A stretch of 64,000 nucleotides of DNA from an uncultured Methanosarcinales archaeon (GCA_964455675.1 CAYVYK010000001.1:76463-140462), one strand, 5' to 3'; shown: positions 44,052-52,863, counted from the stretch's first letter. Numbers and translations are program-made. Notes: generated from the letters alone by a model not told the origin.

Positions 44052-44273
44052 CTACGAGAAACGAGGAGTGGGGGTATATGTCTTCGCGTCAATCGTGATA
44101 GTACTGTCAGGTGGCGGCGTCGGTGTTGCCTCGCATCCGCATTCGGCTGGTGGTTCTCCTCCAAAAGACATGGTGAACGTTGCGGCTAGGAGTATCATCC
44201 CAAGAACTGCAACCGCGATGATGACTGCTATGATCCACGACGCGATAGCTCGCTTGCCAAGATGCATATGCAC
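44052..44273 (-). CDS. Small prepilin-like protein with a Pro/Thr-rich tail, about 71-73 aa
   Basis: MHLGKRA|IASWIIAVIIAVAVLGMILLAATF followed by CGC and PTPPP. Confidence 0.6.
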   Translation of the reverse strand: MHMHLGKRAIASWIIAVIIAVAVLGMILLAATFTMSFGGEPPAECGCEATPTPPPDSTITIDAKTYTPTPRFS

Positions 44274-44292
44274 CCTCCAAGCCTTCTAGTAT

Positions 44293-44859
44293 TTATCGTT
44301 TGTGCAGAAATGTACTGAATGACGCGATGTCGTGTGGGCTTCGCATTCCATACGGCGTCTGCGCGAATGTCACAACAGAATAGTCCACTCTGAAGCGTCT
44401 GCAGAGAAGGAGGTTTTGTTTCATGCGGCCAAGGATGAGCGCTCGGTGCTGCTCCTTGGCTTCGATAATGTGCGAGAGATTTAGTAGGTAAGAGTGATGG
44501 TGCTGCTGCATGAGGGCGCAGAGGACGGGGTCAAGCCCGCTGTATCGATGATGAAATCCGTCTTTGGGAAAGATTTTTTCGGCGCCGTAGAAATGGACAT
44601 GCTCATGCTGCTCGAGCATCGTTCGTAAGTTCTGGTCCGCTTGGGTGATGCGAACTGCTCCGGGTGGTAGTTGTTTTCCTAGGTCAACTGCCTTGCAGAG
44701 GAATCCGAGCGTGAGCTTGAGCGTACCTGTGGGCAGGATATGCTCTCGTGCTTCTTTCGCTCCCTGGTAGGGATACACGAGGGTAAGTTCGTGCAATCCA
44801 AGGTGTTCTGCCATATGGATGAATTGTTGCTCATTCTTGTTCGGAAATACGTAATCCAT
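44293..44859 (-). CDS. rnp3: Ribonuclease P protein component 3 (Rpp30-like)
   Basis: FIHMAEHLG...SGLDPVLCALM...LILGRMKQNLLLCRRFRVDYSVVTFAQTPYGMRSPHDI matches the Rpp30 C-terminal pattern. Confidence 0.75.
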   Translation of the reverse strand: MDYVFPNKNEQQFIHMAEHLGLHELTLVYPYQGAKEAREHILPTGTLKLTLGFLCKAVDLGKQLPPGAVRITQADQNLRTMLEQHEHVHFYGAEKIFPKDGFHHRYSGLDPVLCALMQQHHHSYLLNLSHIIEAKEQHRALILGRMKQNLLLCRRFRVDYSVVTFAQTPYGMRSPHDIASFSTFLHKR

Positions 44860-45146
44860 AGTCGCTGTGGGATATTTTCGTGTTTAATAATGTATGCATC
44901 ACTCAATGGAAAAGATGGTGGTACTGATTTCGTACAGAAATAATAATTTATATAGAAACGTATTTAAGTATGATCGACGTAATAGTGAGTAGGATGAAAT
45001 TAGCATTGCAAAGTCGGCATGTGAACCTTAAGCGTATGCTAATTGATCATCCAATTCGCATCTGAGGCCTTTTCGGGCTTGAGTGTGCGGATAAGGATTC
45101 TTTCGCAAATTCAAGCCTGGAAGTTCTCAGAAAGGAGGTGATAAAT

Positions 45147-45485
45147 ATGCACACGTGTGGAGTATGCGGTGAGGCAATCACGAATCCCATGTGTTGTGGC
45201 TGCCTCAAGGAGGAGGTCAAAGCGTGGGCAATGGAGAGGGCGCCTAAGCTCGTTCGTGAGCTTGATGATTTTGATAGTATCTTCTCTGCTATGGCTGTTG
45301 ATGGGAGTTGGTGCATCCGCTGCAGGTCCCCGCTGCAGGTGTGCGCGCATTGTTTTATCACCGAGATCAAGGCATGGCTGGACGATCGCCACCCGCTCCT
45401 AGGGGAAGAGCTTGTTGAGAGATTCAATTACGAGATTCGTAGTCCATATAACGAACTCCGAATAATGAGAGATGGAAAAGTGTAG
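45147..45485 (+). CDS. Small Cys-rich (double Zn-finger-like) protein, 112 aa
   Basis: Strong RBS AGGAGGTGA then ATG at 45147; CxxC-x7-CCxC and CxxC-x6-CxxC motifs. Confidence 0.75.
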   Translation: MHTCGVCGEAITNPMCCGCLKEEVKAWAMERAPKLVRELDDFDSIFSAMAVDGSWCIRCRSPLQVCAHCFITEIKAWLDDRHPLLGEELVERFNYEIRSPYNELRIMRDGKV

Positions 45486-45493
45486 AAAAAAAG

Positions 45494-45604
45494 AGCGGGG
45501 AGAGGGACTCGAACCCCCGAATAAACGCTCTCAGCTAGTCATCGCTTGGTAGCTCCTCAGAGCCGTTCTGCAGGCGCTCGCCTTAGCCGCTTGGCTATCC
45601 CCGC
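45494..45604 (-). tRNA. tRNA-Cys(GCA) with a 38-nt intron at about 37/38 (45530..45567)
   Basis: Acceptor stem GCGGGGA/TCCCCGC, discriminator U73, anticodon stem AGCGC/GCGTT, loop CT-GCA-G..A, T-loop TTCGAGT; 73 nt after intron removal. Confidence 0.85.
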
Positions 45605-45703
45605 ATGGCGTGAATGAATCCACGTTGGTTTAAAAACGTTGTGGGATCGGATATTATTTTTGCCGCAGTAACCTATTTATTGTGGTCCTTACTCACGTAT
45701 GGG

Positions 45704-46693
45704 ATGTTTGGCATTCCATATGAGGACTTGATCGCAAAGATCGAGGAGGGGGCGGGGATTTCTCGTGAGGAGATTGAGCAAAAGATCGCGGAGAAGCTGA
45801 ATCAGTTCTCTGGATTAATTTCCAAGGAGGGCGCAGCTCATATCATCGCAAATGAGCTTGGTGTTCGCCTTGCAGCTCCGTCGCAAGGCCGCCTGATCAT
45901 CAAGAACATTGTGTCAGGAATGCGAAGTGTCGACGTTCTAGGTAAGGTTATGCGTCTTGACCCTGTGAGGACGTTTCAGAAGGCTGAACGTTCAGGTTCG
46001 CTCGCATCTATGATGATTGCTGACGAATCCGGATCGATAAGGGTTGTTGCGTGGGGTGACCAGACGCAGATTTGGAGTAACCTCAAGGAAGGTGACATCG
46101 TAAAAATCTCCGGTGCGTACGTGAAGGATAACAATGAACAAAAGGAGTTGCATGTGGGGGAACGTTCGCGTATTATTATTAATCCTCCAGGAGAAACCAT
46201 CAAGGACGTGCAGGTTCCATCGCACAACACGGCGAGAAAGTCCATTGCAGAGCTGAAGGATGATGATGGTAATGTGGAGATTCATGGTGTTGTTGTGCAG
46301 GCGTTTGAACCTAGGTTCTTTGAGGTCTGCGGATCGTGTGGGAAGAGATCGCGTGCTGAGAGTGGGTCGTTTATCTGCCCGACGCACGGCCCAATCGTTC
46401 CTGAGTTCTCATACGTGGCTAGCCTTGTTCTTGATGATGGTACGGAAACCATTAGGATTAGCTGTTTCCGGCAGCAGGTAGAGCAGCTTTTTGGGAAAAC
46501 TCCTATGGAGATGCTCGCGTACAAGGACACACCAGAAGCAGCGATCGAGCTGCGTCAGAGCGTCATTGGGAAAATCATGACGTTTGTCGGACGTGTGAAG
46601 AAGAATGAGATGTTTGACCGCCGCGAAGTTGTTGCTCAGACGGTGAATCCTTCTCCAAATCCTGGGGATGAGCTACGTAGGCTCATGAACTGA
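45704..46693 (+). CDS. rpa: Replication protein A-like ssDNA-binding protein (N-terminal helical domain, two OB folds, Zn finger), 329 aa
   Basis: YEDLIAKIEE...GLISKEGAAHIIANELGV; OB fold IADESGSIRVVAWG...GDIVKISGAYVK; CGSCGKR...CPTHG; LDDGTETIR. Confidence 0.85.
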   Translation: MFGIPYEDLIAKIEEGAGISREEIEQKIAEKLNQFSGLISKEGAAHIIANELGVRLAAPSQGRLIIKNIVSGMRSVDVLGKVMRLDPVRTFQKAERSGSLASMMIADESGSIRVVAWGDQTQIWSNLKEGDIVKISGAYVKDNNEQKELHVGERSRIIINPPGETIKDVQVPSHNTARKSIAELKDDDGNVEIHGVVVQAFEPRFFEVCGSCGKRSRAESGSFICPTHGPIVPEFSYVASLVLDDGTETIRISCFRQQVEQLFGKTPMEMLAYKDTPEAAIELRQSVIGKIMTFVGRVKKNEMFDRREVVAQTVNPSPNPGDELRRLMN

Positions 46694-46760
46694 AAATCTT
46701 CCGATTTTTTTATGCATACGAATTTTAATGATGCTGGTGAGAGCTCGTTAAGGTGATAGT

Positions 46761-46928
46761 ATGGTATTGACGCCAAAACGAGAGGATATGGTTAAAAGGA
46801 TGCCGCACATCGAGACTCGACTGGAATTAAGCGAGGACGAGCGGTTTGTCATCCATCGGACCATTATTACTGACATCAAGCCAGTGAATTATTACAGGAA
46901 GGCTTTGATGCTCGAGCAGGAATTGTAG
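46761..46928 (+). CDS. Small hypothetical protein, 55 aa (absent from the ORF track)
   Basis: RBS AAGGTGA then ATG at 46761: MVLTPKREDMVKRMPHIETRLELSEDERFVIHRTIITDIKPVNYYRKALMLEQEL*. Confidence 0.6.
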   Translation: MVLTPKREDMVKRMPHIETRLELSEDERFVIHRTIITDIKPVNYYRKALMLEQEL

Positions 46929-46962
46929 TCCTGCTCGTATTTTTTCTTATTGAAAAAGAAGG

Positions 46963-47076
46963 TGGACAGCTTTCTCGGGTTCCCGTTCACAAGAACAGTA
47001 CCACCGAGAACGTAGACCTGCTTGACTTCCGTGTTCGAAATGGGAACGGGTATGACCAGGCCGCTATGACCGTCCA
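46963..47076 (-). rRNA. rrf: 5S rRNA (stand-alone, not linked to 16S/23S)
   Basis: Minus strand TGGACGGTCATAGCGG...ACCCGTTCCCATTTCGAACACGGAAGTCAAGC...GCTGTCCA with paired ends and the loop C signature, followed by a T-rich tract. Confidence 0.92.
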
Positions 47077-47097
47077 GGACGAAGGAGTTATACTCCA

Positions 47098-47112
47098 TTT
47101 ATAAAGCTTTCG
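47098..47112 (-). promoter_or_regulatory. BRE/TATA promoter of the 5S rRNA
   Basis: The minus strand reads CGAAAGCTTTATAAA about 22 nt upstream of the 5S start. Confidence 0.7.
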
Positions 47113-47159
47113 TCTCACCAGCGAGGATAAGACAGAGGGGCTTCACCAAGAATAAGGTC

Positions 47160-48107
47160 TTAAAGGGCAGTATCATGCACGAGATGCTTCTTTCGCAGCC
47201 ACAGGAATGCGGGCACGGCCATGACGACTGTCGTAATAATGATGATTGCACGGTCAATGAGCGCAACGATGAGACCTTGGCTGAGTTCCGTGCCTCCTAG
47301 CGTGGAAAGGACTGTGATGACAGTTTCTCGTATTCCGATCCCTGCGGGGAGGATATTGATGAGACTCGCAAGGCCCACGAATGACCCGATTACCATCGAG
47401 TTCAGGAGGGTTATTGGTGCTCCGAGCATACGGAACTCAATGTAGTACCTGATCACGAACTGCGCCCATATCAGGAATTCGATAAAGATGAGTCGGGCTA
47501 GCAGCCAGTAATTCTTCCGAAGATGATACCACTCATTCGCGACTTCGACGATATAGTTGTAGATTCGTGACGTTCGTGGAGTGAGTGTTGGAGTCAGGAA
47601 AGCAGCTGCGATGATAAGAATTGCTGCTGCGCTGACGATAATGAGATGCCAAATTCCAAAGAGGTTGTGCTTTAGCCCGATGATGAGCGCAAAGAGGAGC
47701 GTTAGTGCCCCATAGAGGAGCAATGATATGACGCCCGAGGATACATGGATGGTTAGTGATGACGCAATCTTGAGCTGCTTGAATTTTTTCATGTACGCAG
47801 CCCGTAGTGCGGCTCCCCCTCTGATGGGTATCACGAGGTTATACAGCCTAGTAAGTGATGTGATGTGGAGCCACTCATCCCACGTGAGGTGGAGGTTGTA
47901 GTGCTTTGTATAGATCTTGAGTTTATATCCGATGAGTACGACGGCAAAGATCGTAATGATGAAGAGTAATGCGACGCCCCAAGGATTTACTTCAAGGAGC
48001 GGTCTGATTTCTTCTGGTTTCCTCACTACAAGAGCGATGCTGATGATGATAACCGCAAGAAAGACTATTGTTCCGATAATGTTCTTGACGGATTCCTTCA
48101 TATGCAA
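47160..48107 (-). CDS. Lysylphosphatidylglycerol synthase TM-domain / UPF0104 flippase-like membrane protein
   Basis: Eight or nine TM helices with LYNLVIPIRGGAALRAAYMK and ILPAGIGIRE...ALIDR motifs. Confidence 0.8.
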   Translation of the reverse strand: MHMKESVKNIIGTIVFLAVIIISIALVVRKPEEIRPLLEVNPWGVALLFIITIFAVVLIGYKLKIYTKHYNLHLTWDEWLHITSLTRLYNLVIPIRGGAALRAAYMKKFKQLKIASSLTIHVSSGVISLLLYGALTLLFALIIGLKHNLFGIWHLIIVSAAAILIIAAAFLTPTLTPRTSRIYNYIVEVANEWYHLRKNYWLLARLIFIEFLIWAQFVIRYYIEFRMLGAPITLLNSMVIGSFVGLASLINILPAGIGIRETVITVLSTLGGTELSQGLIVALIDRAIIIITTVVMAVPAFLWLRKKHLVHDTAL

Positions 48108-48168
48108 GAAAGGGACAGACGGTGTTTTAAATGTTATGATTGTTTGTATCAGAAGTTAGGCATAGGTT

Positions 48169-48960
48169 CTACTCGATATCGCGTACGTCTTTCATGCTGT
48201 GAATGTGCGCTTCGCGCTCGCTGCTGACATGTCCAAACAGCACTCCCGCTTTGGCAAGTTGCGGAAACACGTCTTGCTCAATGCTTTTTCCTGAGTATTC
48301 AAGGACCTCGGGCTCCGCAACGAATATGCTCGAGAATCCGAGGTATTCCTGTGATTTTTCTGTGTGCTGAATGAACTCAAGTATCTTGCTTCCCTCCATT
48401 TTGACGGTTCCTTTTTTTGCTGGTGACGTCGTAAGGAGGAGCGTTGCTGCACCATTATGCACAAGGTGATCATTCCAGAGTGCATTGACATTAACCTTCG
48501 CAAAGTAAATGTCCCCATAGACGATGAGGCAGCGGGTCGTGATTTTTCCTCGAACTGCTTTAAGTGATTCCATTGAGCCCTTGGCTTGTCGATCTTCCAC
48601 ATAAGTGAGATGGACTCCAAACTTTGTCCCCTCTTGCACGAGTGTAAAGACCGCTGTGAGAATCTGCTGCTCACCGATGAGGTAGACGTTCGTGAATCCT
48701 GCTTCCTTGAGTTTTCGCAGGTTTCTGCTGATGAGTGGAACCCCCTTGATGGGTATGGTTGTGCGGTAATAACCTCCCTCGATGGATTGTCCCCTCGCAG
48801 GCCCTCCCGCAAGGATGACCGCTGTCTTTTGCTGCCCAAGCGCCTTTCCAACAAGGTGCTCGACTGCTTGGCTTCGGTTCCTGATGTAGAGGCCATCAAC
48901 GATAGAGTCAACTGCCGTGAGCGTCTTTGCATTCAGTGTGATACTGACCTTGTTTTTCAT
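48169..48960 (-). CDS. Ribbon-helix-helix (CopG-like) domain fused to a degenerate sugar-phosphate nucleotidyltransferase domain, 263 aa
   Basis: N-terminal KVSITLNAKTLTAVDSIV...RNRSQAVEHLV (RHH); then AVILAGG lacking the GTR and PK residues, plus YGDIYF. Confidence 0.75.
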   Translation of the reverse strand: MKNKVSITLNAKTLTAVDSIVDGLYIRNRSQAVEHLVGKALGQQKTAVILAGGPARGQSIEGGYYRTTIPIKGVPLISRNLRKLKEAGFTNVYLIGEQQILTAVFTLVQEGTKFGVHLTYVEDRQAKGSMESLKAVRGKITTRCLIVYGDIYFAKVNVNALWNDHLVHNGAATLLLTTSPAKKGTVKMEGSKILEFIQHTEKSQEYLGFSSIFVAEPEVLEYSGKSIEQDVFPQLAKAGVLFGHVSSEREAHIHSMKDVRDIE

Positions 48961-48998
48961 TGGTGCGAAATAGTCGAGTATTACGAGGTATATAAATA

Positions 48999-49018
48999 TG
49001 TCGGATTTTTATCCGACA
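48999..49018. promoter_or_regulatory. Perfect 8-4-8 inverted repeat TGTCGGAT-TTTT-ATCCGACA between divergent promoters; candidate operator
   Basis: Lies between a minus-strand ATATTTATATA box (about 48987-48998) and a plus-strand AAGATATTTATA box (about 49034-49045). Confidence 0.55.
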
Positions 49019-49068
49019 AAGTAGGATATCGGTAAGATATTTATAGGACCAGATGCCTCCGAATTGAT

Positions 49069-51753
49069 ATGAAAATCACAATGATAGGCACAGGCTACGT
49101 TGGGCTTGTCACAGGAACATGCCTTGCAAACTTGGGCAACAACGTTATCTGTTTGGACATAGACGAGCACAAGATTGAGCAGCTCAAGCGAGGCATTATG
49201 CCTATCTATGAGCCAGGCTTGGGCGATCTGGTTATTCGTAATATGAAGGAAGGAAGGTTATCTTTCACAACGGATAAGCAGCGCGCTATCCAGGAAAGTG
49301 ATATTATTTTCATCGCAGTGGGAACGCCTCCGCGCGACGACGGTTACCCGGACGTTACGTTTGTCGATCAAGCTGCCGCTGATATTCTGAAGTTCATGAA
49401 CGCTGAAAAGATTGTTGTCGTGAAAAGTACTGTTCCTGTGGGTACGAATAGTCGTGTCAAAGAGTTCCTTTCTTCAAGGCAGGATTTTCCGATTCATGTA
49501 GTCTCAAATCCTGAGTTCTTGAGGGAGGGAAAGGCAGTGCGTGATTTTAACATCCCTGATAGAATCGTGATCGGTACAGATTCCACGTATGCAAAGAAGG
49601 TTATGGTTGATCTCTACAAACCGCTTGAGCGTGCGGATAAGCCGATCATTGTGACGGATGTTGCTTCGGCAGAGATTATCAAGTATGGCTCGAATGCGAT
49701 GCTTGCGGCAAGGATCAGTTTCATCAATCTTCTCTCAGAGCTCTGTGAGAAGGTTGGCGCTGATATTAGGGCAGTGGCGAAAGGTATAGGTCTTGATAGC
49801 AGGATTGGTCCGAGGTTTCTTCAGGCGGGCGCAGGCTATGGTGGGAGCTGTTTTCCAAAGGATGTGAAAGCATTGATATCTACTCTTGAGCATAATGCGA
49901 TTCCCTCTGATTTTTTCCAAAGTGTTGAGAACGTGAACGCCCGGCAGAAGGAAAAGGCCGTGGAAAAGCTTCAGTTACTCCTCGGTAATCTGCGAGGTAA
50001 GAAGGTTGGTCTGCTTGGCCTTAGCTTTAAGCCCGAGACTGATGACATGCGTGATGCCCCGTCAGTTGTAGCGGTTCGTCAACTGCAGAGCTACGGAGTG
50101 CATGTTGTAGTATTTGATCCTGTTGCAATGGATAATGCAAAAAGGATTCTACCGCAAGTCCATTTTGCGAATAGTCCCTATGAGGTCTGTGACGGTGCTG
50201 ACGGAGTGATTCTCATGACCGAGTGGGATGAGTTCCGGTCGCTCGATAAATCTCGTATGTTACAGTTGATGAGATCGCCAAATTTTGTTGATGCAAGGAA
50301 CCTGTATGATCCAGCAGAGATGGTACGGCTGGGCTTTAGGTATGATTCGATCGGCAGATTGACGCCAGAAAAGGCAGCAGAGGGAACAGAGGGGATCCTG
50401 CGTCTTCTGCAAAAGTACGGCCAAGAGCATTTGCTCTCATATTGGGACGCGATATCTCCAGAGGAGCGGCAGATACTCATTCAGCAGATATCGTCAGTTG
50501 ATCTCGAGCGTCTGAGAGAGCTTCATATAAATGGTGATGTTGCGGTTCCATCTCAAATCGATCCGTGGGAGGATATTGTTGTTCCAGAAAGCGATCCTGA
50601 ATTGTCTCTGCAGGCAAAGAAGCTTGGAATTCAAGCGATCAAGCAGGGAGAGGTTGGGCTCTTTGTGGTGGCAGGTGGCCAAGGAACAAGGCTTGGTTTC
50701 AAGGGACCGAAGGGGGCGTTTGTCATTTCCCCGATTTTGCAGAAGAGCATCTTTCAGCTTCATGCGGAGAAGATTCGTGCTCTCGAGAAGAGGTATGGTG
50801 TAAGTCTTCCTTGGTTTATCATGACTTCGCCCGACAATCATAAGGAGACATGTGAATTCTTCGCGCTCCATGGTAATTTTGGTCTTTCCGATGTCTTCAT
50901 CTTTCCGCAGGAGATGCTTCCCTCATTGGATATGGATGGCAGGATGGTGCTGAAGTCACCCTACGAGATCATGATGAATCCCGACGGCCATGGGGGCTCT
51001 GTCCGTGCGCTTGCAAAGACCGGGGCTCTTGACACGATGAAACGGCTGGGCATCAAGTACTTGTTCTATTTCCAAGTGGATAACATCCTCATCAACATCG
51101 CAGACCCACTATTTATTGGGTATCACATCCAAAAGAATGCTGAGATGTCCGCAAAGTGCGTCGAGAAAACTGGTCCAGAAGAGAAGCTTGGTGTGTTTGG
51201 AAAGGTGAACGGTAGGCCAGGAGTGATTGAGTATCATGAGCTCTCCGACGAATTGAGGCACGCAAAGGACGCCCACCAAAACGCATTGTTTGGTAAGGGA
51301 AGTATCGCAATCCATGTGCTGAGTACAGATTTTCTTGAGAGGCTGAGCACTCATCCGTCGGATTTGCCATTCCATCGCGCAGTTAAGAAGGCACACACCG
51401 TGCATGGGGAAATTGAGGTAGTAAAATTTGAGAAATTCATTTTTGATGCGCTACCGCATGCAAAGACGATTATGATAATGTGCGTTGACCGCAGCACGGA
51501 GTTTGCTCCGGTAAAGAACGTGACGGGTGTGGATAGCGCCGAATCTGCAATTGAGATGCAGACTGCTCTCTTTGCTGGATGGCTAAAGGATCTTGGTGTC
51601 GTGATCCCTCGTGATAAAAGTGGGAATTTGGAGGGTCACATAGAGATCAGTCCGCTATTCGCTCTTGATAGGGAGGAACTTGCAGAAAAACTTGATCCCG
51701 CAAAGGTTAGGTTTAAACCAGGGATTGGTCTTGCGCTTGATGCCCAAGGGTAG
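49069..51753 (+). CDS. ugd: Fusion of UDP-glucose/GDP-mannose dehydrogenase family domain (about aa 1-432) and UDPGP-family (UAP1-like) UDP-sugar pyrophosphorylase (about aa 440-894)
   Basis: GTGYVGL, SNPEFLREG, catalytic GGSCFPKD, FKPETDDMR; then AGGQGTRLG, PKG, PDGHGG, VDN, KFEKFIFD, FAPVKN. No stop at the junction. Confidence 0.9.
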   Translation: MKITMIGTGYVGLVTGTCLANLGNNVICLDIDEHKIEQLKRGIMPIYEPGLGDLVIRNMKEGRLSFTTDKQRAIQESDIIFIAVGTPPRDDGYPDVTFVDQAAADILKFMNAEKIVVVKSTVPVGTNSRVKEFLSSRQDFPIHVVSNPEFLREGKAVRDFNIPDRIVIGTDSTYAKKVMVDLYKPLERADKPIIVTDVASAEIIKYGSNAMLAARISFINLLSELCEKVGADIRAVAKGIGLDSRIGPRFLQAGAGYGGSCFPKDVKALISTLEHNAIPSDFFQSVENVNARQKEKAVEKLQLLLGNLRGKKVGLLGLSFKPETDDMRDAPSVVAVRQLQSYGVHVVVFDPVAMDNAKRILPQVHFANSPYEVCDGADGVILMTEWDEFRSLDKSRMLQLMRSPNFVDARNLYDPAEMVRLGFRYDSIGRLTPEKAAEGTEGILRLLQKYGQEHLLSYWDAISPEERQILIQQISSVDLERLRELHINGDVAVPSQIDPWEDIVVPESDPELSLQAKKLGIQAIKQGEVGLFVVAGGQGTRLGFKGPKGAFVISPILQKSIFQLHAEKIRALEKRYGVSLPWFIMTSPDNHKETCEFFALHGNFGLSDVFIFPQEMLPSLDMDGRMVLKSPYEIMMNPDGHGGSVRALAKTGALDTMKRLGIKYLFYFQVDNILINIADPLFIGYHIQKNAEMSAKCVEKTGPEEKLGVFGKVNGRPGVIEYHELSDELRHAKDAHQNALFGKGSIAIHVLSTDFLERLSTHPSDLPFHRAVKKAHTVHGEIEVVKFEKFIFDALPHAKTIMIMCVDRSTEFAPVKNVTGVDSAESAIEMQTALFAGWLKDLGVVIPRDKSGNLEGHIEISPLFALDREELAEKLDPAKVRFKPGIGLALDAQG

Positions 51754-51755
51754 TG

Positions 51756-52838
51756 CTACAGATTCGCTGTTTCCACGACAATTGTTTTTTTGCTTGGGTG
51801 GATTTCTTGGATAACAGACTTTTTTGTTATCTTTTCTTGTAGTTTCGAGAGGGGAATCTCTTTTCGTATGCGTAAAAATTCGGCGAGGACATGTTGTATC
51901 TCTTGGTACCGTTCATAGATGAGATTTCCCTTTGCCTGGTTTTGAGCTATCTCTTCGTTCCACGTTGTGATATTGTCCTCCTGTTTCTCGATGATCTTGA
52001 GGAACCGTTGAGTTTCTTTTTCTTTTCGCGTTGGGGGTAATATCACTTTTTCGTGGAGATGATACTGTTCCAGCGCTTCGCTAAAGCTAGCGTGTTCCGT
52101 TGCAGTATAGGATTCATATTTGTGTAAAGGTAGACACGTTGCATCGATAATGTCCGAAGGGTTTGAATAGGTGTAACCTCTCTTGGGCGAATGGAGGAGG
52201 GTTTGATGCGTCGTAATGATGACGTTCAATTGCTCCGAGGTAATGTTCTTGGTATGCTTGTCAATTCCGCTGATGAGGCAAAGTTCTTCGGCGTAGTTTC
52301 CTCCAAGGCCTGCATGCCGCGCAAGATATGCAACAAGACCAAGTGCTGAGAGTGATTCGTTGATTGCTGCCAGGTTCTTTTGTTCAAGCGGTTCTCCGCT
52401 CGTCGGCAAGTGGTATGTTTCTTTTGGCTGGCGTTCCAGCGCGTTCTGGACCATACGCTGCTGGTCGATGACAAGAAGGTTTCCCTTGCGGAAGAACTCA
52501 AGGATGATTGACTTGGTCTCTTCCCCGCATGCTGTGGTAATTTCGATAATGCGCTCTCCTGGTGCTTGGCTTACCTTCATGATTCGTGCATTTTCAAAGT
52601 GTTTCCGAAGGTACTGGCAGAAACCGTAGGGCGTTTGTGGCGCGGGCGGCCGTTCCTGTGCGATATAGATGAGCCGCGGAAGTACAATGCGCAACGTGGT
52701 CTTTCCTTTTCCCGAAGTGAAGAATTGGAAGAGGAAGTCTCGCTCTGCGAGCTGGTAGATGTTGTCAATTCTTGCTCCAACAAGGGTTTGGAGTTCCTCT
52801 ACGACATAATGGATTTCGATGCCTGAGAGCGCTTTCAT
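51756..52838 (-). CDS. NFACT/Rqc2 family protein, N-terminal part only (NFACT-N, HhH, first coil), 360 aa
   Basis: GARIDNIYQ, FCQYLRKHFENARI..VSQ..GERI, IILEFFRKGNLLV, GLGGNYAEELCLISGIDK; ends without an NFACT-R domain. Confidence 0.8.
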   Translation of the reverse strand: MKALSGIEIHYVVEELQTLVGARIDNIYQLAERDFLFQFFTSGKGKTTLRIVLPRLIYIAQERPPAPQTPYGFCQYLRKHFENARIMKVSQAPGERIIEITTACGEETKSIILEFFRKGNLLVIDQQRMVQNALERQPKETYHLPTSGEPLEQKNLAAINESLSALGLVAYLARHAGLGGNYAEELCLISGIDKHTKNITSEQLNVIITTHQTLLHSPKRGYTYSNPSDIIDATCLPLHKYESYTATEHASFSEALEQYHLHEKVILPPTRKEKETQRFLKIIEKQEDNITTWNEEIAQNQAKGNLIYERYQEIQHVLAEFLRIRKEIPLSKLQEKITKKSVIQEIHPSKKTIVVETANL

Positions 52839-52863
52839 AATGAGAATGATGCGTTGCGGATTA

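Noticed and set aside
46892-47098. 68-aa minus-strand ORF
   Set aside because: It overlies the 5S rRNA gene.
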